From Takakia lepidozioides (taxonomy: Eukaryota > Plantae > Bryophyta), in assembly GCA_030704615.1 (NCBI GenBank), contig CM060733.1:15872001-15936000 (forward strand): a stretch of 64,000 nt of DNA. The letters are read 5' to 3'. Shown one piece after another: positions 1 through 14,141 of the stretch. How positions within the stretch are numbered: position 1 is the first letter of the stretch; the number at the start of each line of letters is the position of its first letter. Made by a program: the position numbers and the translations under genes. Below the pieces are notes generated by a model. That model was not told where the DNA came from, made no database searches, and worked only from the letters and a program-made list of their open reading frames with translations.

Positions 1-605
1 AAAAGTGAGAAAGAAATTGGTTTGACCAAATCAAAGCCTATCTTTATCCAATTTTGCTTGCCCCAAGACCCACCATTTCCAAATCGAAAGTGGAGTGGAT
101 ATGACCCCACTAAATTGCAGGTCCAACTGATTTTTTCACCTATGCTTGCTATTCATGCAATTACATGGGGGTTGAAATCTCAAAATTGACAAGAGAAAAT
201 GTGCCTCCAAATGAAGTACTTTTTTTTTCTACAATTTTTTTAAAAGCCAATGGTGGATGTGTGTATGTAATGCTCACACACCACAAGGTGAAGTGTTTTT
301 TCCAAAATTGCTAATTTTATGCCAAAAATGGCCTTTGGAGTGCAATCTGTTTTGGGCTTGTTTACCTGTCACGTCAGCGGTCAACAAGCCCTTTTCAGGC
401 CCCAAAACGTAAATGAGAGATCTAAGATATTTTTTTGTAGGTCGAAGCTTTTGTTTTTTTTTAATTTTGTTTTTTGCATCATACTCGAGACAAATCCCTT
501 GTCATTAAAGCTTCAGGAGTGGGCCCCATTAGATTAGATCTGCAAAAATTAGGTCAAACTGCAAATTCAAAGTGACCCGATTCAGGTCGCTTGGGAACTT
601 AAGGG
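1..605. mobile_element. Right end of a putative non-autonomous DNA transposon with a piggyBac-like terminus (AAGGG|TTAA)
   Basis: AT-rich non-coding tract ending GTGACCCGATTCAGGTCGCTTGGGAACTTAAGGG followed by TTAA (606-609); reads TTAA|CCCTT on the other strand. The other end is outside the window. Confidence 0.35.
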
Positions 606-630
606 TTAAGTTCAGCTTTGATGAAAGATT

Positions 631-790
631 TTTTAAAAAAAAATTAAAAGGGAAATACCCGGGAGCGACTGCTCACAAATCAGGCCCCTTAATTATAGTG
701 AGAGGAAAAAATAACCTCTTTCATCTCGCCATGAGGCGTTAGGGACACCGCCCAAGGGAAGGGGGAGAAGATTACACCACATCCACCAAA
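631..790 (-). mobile_element. SINE 3' half, related to the SINE at 15510-15725
   Basis: The reverse complement shares GGGCGGTGTCCC...CGCCTC(C)ATGGCG...ATGAAAGAGGTTATTTT..CCTCTC...AAGGGGCCTGATTTGTGAGC.GTCGCTCC and an A/T tail with the full copy. No tRNA head is recognisable. Confidence 0.75.
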
Positions 791-1178
791 CGCCTTACTA
801 GTTTTGTGAATTTGGAAATTCCTTTCTATGTGAAGTGGTGAACTCAATTGTTCTCTTGGACAACAGTACAAATTGCAAGATATAAACTGTCAAAGCATCA
901 TAATCGCTTCTTAGATGGGCATTCTAGATATTATTGTTGACAGTGAGAATCAGGCAAGCTTTTGGAGCTGCCATAATGGCATTTCCCACCTATAGATACG
1001 AGAGCAAACCTTCAATCTGCAGCTTCAACTCACTCTCAACTCTAGCTTCCACCGTTGGCGTCTGGGCCTACACCGCCCCCACCTCCCCAGTACATCCGGG
1101 AAGTAATCGGGTTGGATATGTTTTCTACCTCCTTCAATCTGTCTCCGAGTTCATCCACCTCAGCAAGTTGGTTGTAAC

Positions 1179-1842
1179 TAGTGTTGGACTGGTGTTGAGG
1201 GTCTACCCGGTTATTAACCCGGGTAACAACCTGGATATAAGCTAACCTAGCTACCAGAAGGTTCTTGACAATTACATGCAGAACAGGCCCGGCGGTTAGG
1301 GCTTGCGAGAGTGATCGGCAAGAACCTTACCCGCCTCAGCTTCCGGCGAGAGGACCCGTGTTGTTACCCGTGTTTATGGTTATGTTGCAGCTTCTGATAT
1401 GAGCTTCTTGGTATCAATATGGGAGGGGATATTGTAGCAGCTACGACATATATGGTAGGATTAGCATTGCTCCGTACTGTGGACTTGAAGCTAGGCATTG
1501 AAGATAGGCAACAACATGCTGAGCTTCCTGGTGATCTGCAGATTGGCTCTTCAAGTAATTTACAAAAGTGACAAGTTTCTGCGCTTCAAGTTTTTTTTTT
1601 TTTTTCTAAGTTTTAAAAGTCAAAGTATTGATAACCGTTGTTGATATTTTGCAAGAATATTTTCGAGGACCTTTGTTGATATCAGACCTTCGTTTTTTCA
1701 TGAAGTGCAATTGTTGATACCAGCCTGGTACCAGAATTTAAAAAATAAACATTATTTAACGACCTACCAGAACACAAAAACAAAATTTCTTCCTACCAAG
1801 AACCTACTGGTATAAGCAAAACCTGATACCAATCCAACACTG
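1179..1842. mobile_element. hAT-like MITE (664 bp)
   Basis: Terminal inverted repeats TAGTGTTGGA (1179-1188) and TCCAACACTG (1833-1842); 8-bp flanking duplication GTTGTAAC (1171-1178) / GTTGTAAT (1843-1850); non-coding interior. Confidence 0.65.
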
Positions 1843-2016
1843 GTTGTAATGTTGTGACTCGAGAGTGAGATGCTTAGGAACTTGGAGATAACCCAGCCTA
1901 GAACACAAGCAGCCGATTTGTAGGATGACACAACTTTGTGTAGGGTCTAGAAGAGCTGACCACACAGAAAAGCTTGCATGCAGTAATGCTACAACTATGA
2001 ATCGGATAATAATCCT

Positions 2017-3402
2017 TCAGAGCCACCTAACCAAGCAAGCAAAGGACGAATGTTAGCTGGAAGGGAACAGAGAGAAATCCATTCAGGAGGGATTTCGGAT
2101 GCGACAGTATCCCAGGATAAAGCTCTGTGAGCATAAAGAGAAGAAGTCGCCTCAGAGGGAGAAACAAACCTTCCAGACTTACAGAGATGAGAGAAATGAG
2201 AGATACCACCTTGTTCGCAGAAGGCCCACTTCCTATGACATATCAAAAGCGCATCTGAGTCTGAGTTGTAGTTCGCAAAAAGGGTCACATTTCATACAAG
2301 AAAGATGTTGCATTTCGCTGCTTTTTTGAGGAATAAATATGACCAAATGCAGGATCCTCCAAAATATTTATGAACTTTTTGTATGTGGACAAAGTAATGA
2401 TTGGGTGTCTTCCTAATGTATTGTATTCATATTGATGTAGTTTAATTTCTTACTATATTACCATATATCACCACGTTATGAAGAGTGCCCCAATTTGTCC
2501 ATCGGGAGCAAACAAAGTACATTATACAGAAAATAAGACAACCAGCATGTAGCCCAGTGGGCATACCACGTTGGATGTGGTTGTGGGTTCGTAGCTCAGG
2601 AAATAACATTCCCCCTTGGTTAGTCTTGTTTGGTTTTAGCTTCTTAGTGTTGAAGAGTAATAGTAATATTTTTTCTAGCTCTTACTAAATGCCTTAACTT
2701 GTACGATCATTTGCAAGGATCCAGTATTTAGAAGCTTGAGGCTTAGAGTTTGCTAGATGTTTTAGCAAAGCTTGGAGGCTTTCTAGTTTTATTTGAACCT
2801 TGAAAAGGACTAGAGTGAGAGGTGGGCCCTTAGCTTAAGAGCTGAATTGTACTTTGACAATATTGTGCCATTTCATTGTTAATATAAGCTATTTCCCAGC
2901 AAGGAGGTTGCGTACCTAGTCTTGCAAACTTGTCGAGTGTAGTAGCTGAATTTTAGGAAGATAAAGATAAAGATAAAGTTTCTTTAACGTCCAGTGTATT
3001 TACAGAGCCTACAGCTCAACACACAACCCATTGAGGGGCCAACGGACGGTTTAAGGCACATGTTGAAGGATTGAACCAAAAATCACCCAGGTTATGCACA
3101 GGCAAGGCACAAATATCCAACCACAGGGTCAGCAAACCGTATAGGAGAGGCTAGGTGAATAGCTCGACTAACAGCTTACTAAGTGTTGGTTTCTCTTTGT
3201 CAAAATGGGAGGATGCATTTCATGTGGTATGCTTGTTTCGACTTCCAAGAGCTAACGGCAAACATGTGGATAATCGTCGGCTGATGCATTCATGCCGACT
3301 GCGATTTCATACTAGAATGAGCAAAAACGCATAGTCTTCATATCAAGTTCTTTGCAAAAAACGCCTTTGGAAAATGTTGTGCTCATGATATTTTGAAACT
3401 CC
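2017..3402. repeat. Left arm of a ~1.4-kb inverted duplication (partner 13909-15995)
   Basis: Continuous reverse-complement similarity; e.g. ORF 2485-2688 (+) matches ORFs 15075-15308 and 14849-15073 (-), and ORF 1995-2288 (-) matches 15729-15995 (+). Confidence 0.95.
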
Positions 3403-4671
3403 CACTCTGTCTAGGTACCAGCCCGTTTTTAATATACCCATAGCAAATTTCAAAATTCGGCATAGAGATGAAGAGATAGACTCCTCATAGTGATAATTGG
3501 ATGTGAGCGATGGGTGGATGGCTTTGAAATTGAGTTCTCGGAAGATTTGTGATAATATATTTAACTGTGCAGTATATTTATTAAATCTGATCTAATTTTT
3601 CTAGTCATCCAACCTATTTATGGGAGTCTTCAGTACTTTTTCATCTGTTGTCAATATATATATATATATGTCAAATTCTAGTAATAATATCATTTTTTCA
3701 ACAAAATAATTTGCATATTTTTAGAAAGCTAAAAGAATCCACAAGAATATGGATTCCCGGAAGGGCTTGTGGGTATGGACATCCATACAGTTTCAACTTA
3801 GATGCTATGTGCGGAAACATAAACACAAAAATAGGAGGGAAAATTGTGGATTTAGATGTATACAGATCTAGGGATCCCAACAAGATGATATGGGATGTTA
3901 CCTCTACTACAAGATTATAGCAAAGTCGTTTTTTACAGGAGAATATTTGGAGCTGCCCACCAATAATACAAGTTGAATGGGGAATTTTTTTTTAAGGAAT
4001 GTGATCCATACAGCTCTTATGATTTGAGGATGGATCAATTTTTGTTTCTTTTTGTGTTTAAAACTGTGCAATAAAATTCATCAGTATTTGGTGGTCCATA
4101 TGTTGTTTGAGAGGCATAGAACTTGGCGGTAAGTCAGTAATGAGCTTCTTAGCTTGGCTCATTGGAAAGTGGCCATCTTCTCCCTCACTTCAGACCCTGG
4201 GTATCTTACTTATCAACATACAAGGGACGTGATTCTCAAGCAAGATTGGGAATATTGGCAAGTGCTTTGGAAATTGCTGCCCACTTAGGACTTGATAAAT
4301 GTCATTTTGTGAATCCTTGGAGCAGGGTTGGGCAATCACGTTGCCCCAGTTAGAGCCCCAGTTAGAGCCGTTAGCAGTGTCCACCTTAAATGATCATCCC
4401 AAAGTCACATAACACAGCCCATTTGTGGCTGTCACATGCATCAAGGACACTTACCCAAAAAGAAACATAAAGAATCTTACCTAGAATCATAAAGAAGAGC
4501 GGGTGCGAAGCATTTTGTCATTGCATTTACGGACCACATGGAAATACTGTGTGGGTTTAAGCCCTAAAACAAGTGGCTCAATGCTTTTTTCAGTTAGCAA
4601 CTTAAAAGCACTTTCACAATGTGCTTATAATCAAATGCACATATAAATAAAGCTGAAGGCTTTCCTGCCCC

Positions 4672-7600
4672 CTAGAATATCATAACAATACCATCATGGA
4701 TTCGGGACTTTTGGTTCTGGGCTACACATTCTGAAATCCACATCAAGTTCCTGGTCTCCTGTTCCCGTAGTCTGACGTAGGCAAAGAACACTGCATAGTG
4801 AAACTGCATATGCCCACCAGAAGGAAAAGGATTAGCTCCAGTTATCTCAGTTATGTATGAAGACTAACATGGCTGTCAGCTTAGAAACAAGTGAGAAGGG
4901 CTCTCCTCTGCATTGCAAAGATGTCCACGTGTGTTTGCACAAGTGTGAGAGAGGACGGAGAGGATCGGCAATGGGTGAGGTGGGCCAACGTGATGGCCTG
5001 CTTTAAGAGGGATGTGCACAGATTTCCCCAATGATAACCAAAACGAATTGCAAATATTATTGAAAGAAGAGGCACACCTGCTGTTCAAACGCTTGAGCCA
5101 GTCTTTTAACCTCCTCCTCATAGAAGGCCTTGTCCAGCATCTGGCTTTCCCCAAATGATAGCTTTGCAAAAATTGCTTGATAAGGAGGATATTTCTCCAT
5201 CGCTCCACGCACCTGTTCACCCAATATTTAAACCAGATAGAAGGATCTATCAAAAGGATCTATCAAAACTAGCTCAGCTCACCAGCTGTATCTGGACAAA
5301 CGTTCACAGGAAAGCCGAGCTCCTGAACTGCAGTGGACAATCATTCCTCCAATTCACACAGCCAATGAATAGTCCTGGGGTTTTTATTTATCCTGTGCTT
5401 GTGTTCCATAAACTTTTGAGGGTTTTTCATGTACATTACAAGAGCACACATTCCCGTCTCATACATGCACTAGGTGTTGGTAGAAAGTTGATGGCTGGCT
5501 AAAGAAATCTCTGCAGAAGACTGGAATGCTAGAGGCAGCCGTACATACAAAGGCAGGTCCCACTTCAGGCAAGAGCCTTCTGGAAGGGTAGCCACCATAC
5601 CTACTAAACTTCCTAGGGACTACATCATTTGTATGCAAGCAACAAACTCTCCTCTTTTTGCCTCCTTTTTCCTTCCATCAAAGAGGGAACAATGGTGTTT
5701 AACTGAAAGTACATAACAACCACAACCTGATATCTTGCAGCAGATATATTATATATTAGAGTGCAAAAGCAAAGACATGCTTAGTAGGCACCGGAATTTT
5801 ACCTGATCAGAGTCATCACAAACTGCCAACTCTTCATGGCCATAAGGATACCTGTTGAGAAATCAGCTCCGTCAAACGACAACGTACACCCCTTCCCATT
5901 TTTACAGAAACAAAACCAGGAGATAGACAAGTGCAAGTGCAGGGTACAATTTGTAATAACAGGAACCCTGACGAAACCAGTCCGACCGAGAAGAGCAGGA
6001 ACTCACAAGAGACCAAAACTGGAGTACAACTTTCGTCGATCATCCCGGGTCAATTCTGTACCGATGCTGTGGAGATCCGAAGAGCTGAGCAGTTAGTGCA
6101 AGTTGTGAAAACAGTTTCTAAGGCAACAGAACCTTGTGTCAAACATTTTGGTGCCCAAGACTGAACTCTGCCTGCTGAACAAACAACCCAAACCTCTGGT
6201 AAAACATGACAAAATATCCATTCATACCGATTGTGTTGCACATGCTGTTATATTCAAATGGCTGCAACTGCTACAAATTCATCGCAGACAGAAGAGTACA
6301 GCTGGACAGGGTCAACAGAGAGAGAAGACTCTGGCCGAGCCAGCATATATAAGGGCCATTTCCCCTTGTTGGTACTGCCCCCTGGGGAGGTGGGTTCTAT
6401 CACTGTCAACACAGGAGCCCTCTGGTAGCAAGGGTACAAATGTCTGCAAGTCATTACCTATTGATTGTGATATTGACAGCCCTACGGTCTGCCTCAAAGG
6501 CAAGCAAATCACACATAATTGTGGCAGTTGCACCCCCAAGTTTCTGTGACGAGAAAACACCAGTAACTGTTAATATGAATCTTGTCTGTGGACTGTCAAC
6601 TTTTTGACAGTCAGATGTAAGGTGATAGGATGTATGCAGAGATTTAGGAAAGGACAAACATAACTGAAACCTAGCTGTAACAATATCATAACAATGCTGA
6701 TCCATAGGGAGGTCCACAATAAGGGGAACACACAGCAGACTTTATGGTTGCCACCACGACATTGTGCCCACAGGTTATCACAGGTTATATATAATTTGAT
6801 TCCTTAATACCTCAGCTTTAAGACCTTCATTTCCACAAAGTCATATACACACGTCTTTCGATCCCATGTCATACACTCTTTCTGGGGAGCACTTGAATGT
6901 GGGTGGGAAATTGTGCGACATACCTGACAAAACTTGTAAAAATCCTCTAGGTAGGCTTTGTATAGGGTGTTTCGCATAATCTCTATGTTCATGTCATCCA
7001 GGTCCTACAAACACCACTCCACAAGTTGCTATCAGCATCCACTCGCATCTCCGTACAGCATATAATTGTAATTGACACAATCTCCTCACCCGCTCCTTAC
7101 AGCACAAGTCCATTGAGAGCTCCATTTTCCATTAGACTCCAAACCAAAGTGCTGGCTAACATAATCTGAGATTGGTTCAAAGAGCAGTCAACATTGAAGA
7201 GCGCCACAAATGAGCACCTCTTGTCTGAACAAAGACAATACATACTTCAGAAGTGATGCACTCTGAGAAATAGGGGGCCAGGGGTGTGTCCACAAGCACC
7301 AGCCTATACAACTCCCGCATATTATGGGCAACCGCAAGTGTTGCAATACTGCATCATGCACCAACCTTTATTGGTTATACCAAGAAATGTACCATACTGA
7401 AAGTTTCCCTTCATCCTCCAGTTTCAATGAATCTTTGATGGTTTGCAACCCTGCAGAGATTATGCAGCCTACACCTACACGTCCTCTCAAAACCCTCTAT
7501 CCAAGTTACCTCAATTTTCACTGAAAAATCAGGACAAACTATTTTCCCTGCGGTTAGCACTTAACAGTCGTAATCAAGACTTGTCCATATTGCCTAGAAA

Positions 7601-9395
7601 ATGTAAGAATTGTTCAAATATGAACCCTAGCATGGGATCACCACCCAACTCGGTTTAGAGGTTGTGTGTGTGTTAGGGCTGCTAGCTCAAGGCCTATGAA
7701 GTCAGTCAGAGAAATGCATCGAAAAGAGCTGGGATTCCTTTATTTTCCCCACAATAGCAAGATTTAAACATTGTAGAACTTGCAGCTGCAAATGCAAGAA
7801 AATACCTGTCAAACATTCCAAGAGGATGACATTTCTCAAGGAGCTCATGCACATCTCTTTCATGCAGAGTGCCTGTGACGATGAGCACCACATTGTCTAT
7901 CATGTGCCCATACCTGCCATGACAACGAGCTGTAGAGTCATTGCAACCACATGTACTCTGCTTGCAGTTGATTTTTGATAGTCTTGTGTACTGATTACAT
8001 TTAACTGGGATCTACAGCTGCAGTTTCAATGCAAAACCTAGAAATCACATTCTAAACACGCAAATGGGTGAACACCTGCAACCTATGTGTATGTCTTGTC
8101 TGGCATCAAAACGACATCTACTGTCTAGCAAGTGGGATGGGGCCAGAATGTGATGTGGGGCATCTTGCCCTCTTCTGTGGCAATCCAGAAAGGACATTGG
8201 TGAAGGAAGAAAGCAAAAATCACGAAGGGTGAGTTTCTAGAAAATGAATAGGGGCATAAGAGGGCAAGATGTAGACGCTAATTCTGTCTAGTCAAGAGTA
8301 CCCACCGAGCGACTGCAGTAAGAGAAAGGGAAGGAAGAAACACATACGTGATGTATTCAAGAAAAGTTGACAAAGGCTCAGTGGCCTGACTTAGCATATG
8401 GTAGTACTCATCCACCAACTTCTGAGTGCACTTCTCCACAATTGTTGTTGTGTGTAATGGTGATGGTTCTGCATATATACATATCAAACATCTCAACTAC
8501 TTCAAATTGTGTGAGAGCTCGAAACATACTTCTGAAGTGGCCTCAAGAACTGGGGTCTAGAAAGCCCCATGATGTCCACAGATATGGCTGGCAGGTTAGT
8601 ACCCGACACATTATGTTCTGGTAACTACCAAGCACAGTTAGTACCTAAACTGCACCTTTAGGTCCATCATATAGTACTCTTTTGTAACATGTGTACAAAA
8701 ATTCATAAAGTGCTTGATTGGGAAGCATCCAGTGCAGTATCAATCCAGGTGGGTTAACATTGACGTCCATGTGAAGCAAAAGCAAGTACAACAACAGCAC
8801 AGGCACCAGATCTCTATGATACATTACAAGTGAGGCGTAAAATTCCATACTGGATAAACTACAAACACAAACACTTAGAGCTTGACAAACCCCATTTATC
8901 CGTTCCAGATAATCCTTTAATGCCAAGCTTAAATCTGATTAAAAGTGAATCAGGGCGACATACTTCAATAGACATCAGGAGCGAGTAGCTTTTCACTTAA
9001 ACAGAAATGCTTCATTCATGATACGCATCAATTATGACCCAATGTTAACTTTACCTCCATTCGGAGGTGCTGCATGCCACAAACATAGCATGAAAATGAC
9101 GTTTGTAGTGCAATCGATGTCATACAGGAACTCCTCCAGACATTACGTCCTCCGTTTCAGAGTAACTAATATTTTGTATATGAATTGAATAATTAACAGG
9201 AAATGTAAAGGTACCGTTTGCCAAGTACGGGCCGTAGTCAGTGGCTGAGAGATGCATCTTGATGTCATCCAAGGTTTCACACTGGCACAGATTGTTGTAG
9301 TCCGCGGCAGTAAGCAGACCCGATCTGTAGCCACGCACTATGGCCTCCAAGTAACCGCCCTCGACATTAAAAGTAAGCGCTTCAAAGCCGTACAT
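4672..9395 (-). CDS. VHA-d: V-type proton ATPase subunit d (V0 d / AC39), 351 aa
   Basis: Exons 9215-9395, 8348-8468, 7806-7913, 7246-7348, 6924-7004, 6458-6543, 6007-6066, 5803-5851, 5078-5212, 4672-4803. All introns GT-AG and phases consistent; 1056 nt = 351 aa + [25 protein letters not shown]...[20 protein letters not shown] matches plant VHA-d throughout. Confidence 0.98.
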
Positions 9396-10594
9396 GGACA
9401 TATCTAGAAACTCCAAATTTCAGGTATGCCCTCCGAAATTCAAATCCGGTGAACCTCAAACTATGGAGGCTGAGTATACGCTCAGTCTCCTTTTCACCTT
9501 TTTCTCAATCTCCCTGCCTTTATCTCTCTACCTACATTGACCAGTACAGGAAACCACTCTAATCGCAACTTATATCAGCCTTGGCAGGGAGATCCGTCTT
9601 CTCTTTTACACTTTTTCCTCTGTAGCTTCGTCAAGAGATGAACATTAAGCTCCACCTATACAAGATCTTGTCTACCACACTCTTGTCTGCAGATTGATCT
9701 GACAGACAAACAGCACCGTGAGGAAGAGCGATAGGTCACTTCCGAGTTCCTCTGCCTGTACTTACTGGTAACTTACTAAAGCCTGGCGAGTGGGTTACCC
9801 GTTTTCGTTAGAAACTAGTAAGTATCATCCTACCAGTTACTAGTAACTTAGTTTACCTACGTAAAAGCTAGTGTTGTGCACGTGGCCTGGTGGGACACAT
9901 GGCATCCGCACAGGAGTCCAGCTCAAAGCCCTGTAAAGTTTATCACAATAGCACTTGTTTGTTTTTTACACAGAATATTCTGTTTAGAAAGAGTATTCTA
10001 TTTTTTTCTTTTTCTTTTTTTAATGAAAGGGGACGGAGGCTAAATTTCATCTAATTGCTGTGTGTTTGTACTTTAATGATCTATTCACCTCACCAACTTC
10101 CAGAAACCGTAACGAAGTCAGTTATAGCGCATCCAACTCAAGCAAAGGAGGTGTCAATAAAGACATACTTTTGTGCAAAAAAATATATGAGTCAATCAAA
10201 AAGCCTTCTCCAATTGCATGATATAGTACCTATTTTTAATAAAATTCAAAGGGCTGCCTACAATCCCCCTTTTATTTAAGAAAAAGTAAAAAATAAATAT
10301 AGAGATAGCAGCGTGATCAACCATCCTCACCAAAGCAAGACCGTCCTACTTGCTCCTCATGTTGTTAATCCATCCACTGAGCATTTCGTCCTCTATGCTT
10401 AGATATATATATATATATATATCTCTATTGGTGTTTTTTTTGCTTACGTCTAATTCGTAATGGCTCCACCTTAAGCAGAAAACTGGAAGGCTAGCTAGCG
10501 TTCCCGGTCCTCATTTTATTGAAATACTAAAAATATTTAAAATATAAAATTGAAACCATCAGCACTGACAGTAATCCCTGAAAATAACTAAAAA

Positions 10595-11675
10595 TTACTC
10601 AAACTTCCTCTTTACAAGCAAGGACTACTCAATGCTTGGAAGGAGGCATGATCGAACGCACAGAACCCGTCGGAGAAATTCCTCTCTAAGTTGAAAGCAG
10701 TCAACATTGTGAGCCAACGCTTCAGCCAAGCCTGGCAGAAATCAGAAAGAGAAAGGTTAAAGCCCTCACCAAATGTCTGATGGTCTGCCAAAGGAGATTG
10801 GAATCCACACGTTGTGATGAACATACCTTCCGTACCTATGTGGAAGCTAGGTACAATTTGGATGTGCGCCACAAGATGCAAGAACGCAAATGGAAGCTCC
10901 AAACAGGGATCAACTGGTCGGCGAAGGGAGAGACGATGTCAAAATACTTTTTTGACAAAACCAAGTTGAGATCTTCCAAATGTATTACAGAACTGATTGA
11001 CCAAAACACTCCTCAATCGGCTTCTGCTCCCAAAGCCATGGCTTCTCTTTTTGCGGCCCACTTCCAGGCATTGTTTCACTCAGACCTTCCCAATCTTTCG
11101 CCTTCGGCCCTTCAACAAGACTAACAAGACTCTCTGAAACACACCCCAAGGGTTCTCACCCACCAGAAGGCGAAGACCCTGGAAGAAGAATTTACGGATC
11201 ATATGGAGTTGGGAGATGCACTCTCCAACCTGCAAAATATAAGTCTCCAGGAATGGATGGGATTTCTGTAGAATTCTATAAGGCTCTATGGCCTGACATT
11301 TCCGCTGAATTCACAGCCATGGCCAACGATCTATACATTTATGGAGTTATGCCTCCTTCTATGTCCCAAGGAGTGATTACCTTACTCTACAAAAAATGCG
11401 ACAGAACCAACATTTCTAATTACCGCCCTATAACCCTTATCAAAGTGGCTTACAAGATTGTCGCCAAGGCTTTGGCTCTCAGATTGCAACCCCTTCTTCT
11501 AGGTCTTATTCGCCCCAATCACACTGGGTTTATCAAAGGAAGGTATATTTTAGACAATCTGCTTATGGCTCGGGAACTTCCGCACTTTGCTCACAGCACA
11601 AATCAAGCTATTGCCCTACTGCTTCTAGACTTTGAGAATGCTTTCGATAGAGTTGAATGGAGCTACCTTGTCAAG
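10595..11675 (+). mobile_element. L1-clade LINE ORF2 fragment (linker and N-terminal RT), degenerate
   Basis: WSAKGETMSKYFF, SPGMDGISVEFYKALW, NYRPITL, GFIKGRYILDN, LLLDFENAFDRVEWSYL; contains stops and frameshifts; breaks off at ~11675. Confidence 0.92.
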
Positions 11676-13908
11676 TAAAATTTACTAGTAGTGTGAAACT
11701 AGCGAATAAATAGTTTTTATATATGACACTTGGGCTTGATCCAAGTGTCAACCCAGGGATCAAGATATTTGTTGGCCCCTGGGCGTGGCTTATCTTCACG
11801 GCGAACGCGCGGTGAGGCTTATCTCTTTCGAGTTGAGCCTCCCGCGTCGGCTATGGCGCGCATAGTGCAGATTCCCCATAGCTTTTTGGTGTGCTTGGCT
11901 TGACTCGTAATGTATGAGTGATGGTGTTTAGTTTATTATTATCACTCGAGAGAGATGTTATCTGGTCTTATAGTGCTAGACTAGATAGACTATGTGTTGT
12001 TAGCATTGTGTTGTTGAGGATTGAATTATGGAAAGCATAACTCATAAGGAGAAAGAGTGGTTTATAGTGATAAGATAGTGGTTGCTGGTTTCGAAGTTAC
12101 AATATTTGCACAATGGTATGTACGGACTAATACCGTACAGGTATAATCTGATTTTGATTCCGAAGAGCAGGTTGCCTCAACACAAGCATGCAAAGCCATT
12201 TGTTTGAAAGCTTGCAGAGCTGAGAAGAGAAACAAAAGCATGTGTTTGTAGCTAGCTTTGGTGGCGAATCATGCGACTGGTCCTTTGAATACTCTGTGAA
12301 TATGAGCTTTCTTTGGCTTTCCTAAAGTGGACGTCGTAGCTATGCTCAGACTATGAAAGCAAAGGTACTATGGCAAGCAGGGTGTGGATTCAAATTGAAG
12401 ACAACGTCCCTAAGAAGGTCATCTCTGACGGAGCATGGATGGACTGTTGTGAATGTAATGCCTAACTATAATACAAGTTTGTCTTGCAGGAGTTATGTGG
12501 GTCTGAAAATGGTTCCCTGTTGTGATTTACGGAAGAAGACCAGGCATTTTTGACACAGTAGAAGAGGCCGCAAGGGCCTATGCTTCGGCCGCAGGTGCCT
12601 TGAGAGGAGCTAAGGTGAAGACCAATTTTCGTCTTCTTATGACGATCTGAGTATTAGTCAGAGTTCTACCGTTGAGTCTTGGAGCAGCCCCACCCATCAG
12701 ATTCTACTGATCAGGGTTTTCAGACTCATCTATAAAATTAAGCCGTTTTCTTCAAGTTCTTCTAACGCTTGTCACCATGGTCCATATCTGCAAAAATGCA
12801 TGAATATTAGTAGGGGCTCTTCTTTGTTGAAGAGAGCACAAGTGATACCAGGTAATACCTTTCAGTAGGGACATGGTGGCAGTTGTCCAGAGCTTTAATG
12901 GTTGATGTGTGCCGTACATTAAAACTCGGATTGCGGAAGGCTGGCGGAACTGTGCTTACTTGAGTTAACACACATGAATATGAGGTGATTTCAGGGCAGG
13001 TCGTGGTGAAACTTGCGCCTAGTGGCTTGGTCACAGAGGTGGCTCCCATTTCATATCCCTGTCTTTATTTTTTTTTGTGTTTATGGACTGGTCTGTGATC
13101 AACTACACGTCATGGCAGCTCTTTGCAGCTTTTGGTGAATTAAGTGGTCAAGCTAAGACCAGCAAGAAGCCATCAAGTTGTGCGGTGTAGCTAGCAAAAT
13201 CAGAGTTATCTGGAAGGGCTACAGCTCTGGAGCGAGAGGTTTCTTGCCGCCGAGCTAGCCAACGGTTGCATGGGGCTGGAACATTTGCAATGTGAGGGCA
13301 ATGCTGGCCGCAGACATGGTTGGTGGCATCAGGCACCTTGACCATTATCAGGGCTTCAGGGTTATAAGGACGAAACAAGAGAGCCTATCATACCCGTGGA
13401 GTTGGATTGTTGGAGTGTGCGTGAGGGCAACGAACTGTCTGGCAAAAACGGGATAGTAAAATTGCAGGTCGTTAGGAGTAAGTGGACAGGGAGAAGTTAG
13501 TCTGCACGCCTTGATCATGAGCCATTGTTGTCAGCCTGCAGGTCAGTCGAGCTTGGGGACTAATTTGACATCATATACTGAAGATCTAAGTCATTGTTCA
13601 TGGTGGATCAGAAGCTCATGAAAAGCAGCATGTGTGCTAGTGAACTAGTGAAGATTATCATGCCGTTAGCTGCATACGTCTTTGATCATGAGCTAGCGTT
13701 GTGACAAATTGAACTAGATCATGGAATAGATCGACAGAAGGTTGCCATTGCTCGTGGTTGACGAGTAGCTTGATACGGCCTGTGTATATTCAAGGCAATG
13801 GTCACTGGAGACGATTGAACAATTAGATTAAAATTGTCATCGGTTCTAGTGTGGTAGTCGTGAACTCTGAAATCGTAGAGAACACGGGGAGTTGCGAACT
13901 GGTGACTT
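11669..13908. other. Unclassified insertion (possibly LTR-like) interrupting the L1 fragment
   Basis: L1 RT ends abruptly at TGTCAAG; hairpin TGACACTTGG...CCAAGTGTCA at 11725-11750; no long ORF; carries an AP2/ERF fragment. Boundaries are uncertain. Confidence 0.3.
12521..12690 (+). pseudogene. AP2/ERF (group VIII-like) gene fragment
   Basis: CDLRKKTR, then GIFDTVEEAARAYASAAGALRGAKVKTNF (12543-12629), against the AP2 consensus [40 protein letters not shown]. Followed out of frame by SQSSTVESWSSP. VWL is deleted. Confidence 0.85.
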
Positions 13909-14141
13909 GGAGTTGCAAAATATCATGAGCACAACATTTTCCAAAGGCGTTTTTTGCAAAGAACTTGATATGAGGACTATGCTTTCTTGCTCATTCCAGT
14001 ATGAAATCGCAGTCGGCATGAATGCATCAGCCGACGATTATCCACATGTTTGCCATTAGCTCTTGGAAGTCGAAACAAGCATACCACATGAAATGCATCC
14101 TCCCATTTTGACAAAGAGAAACCAACACTTAGTAAGCTGTT

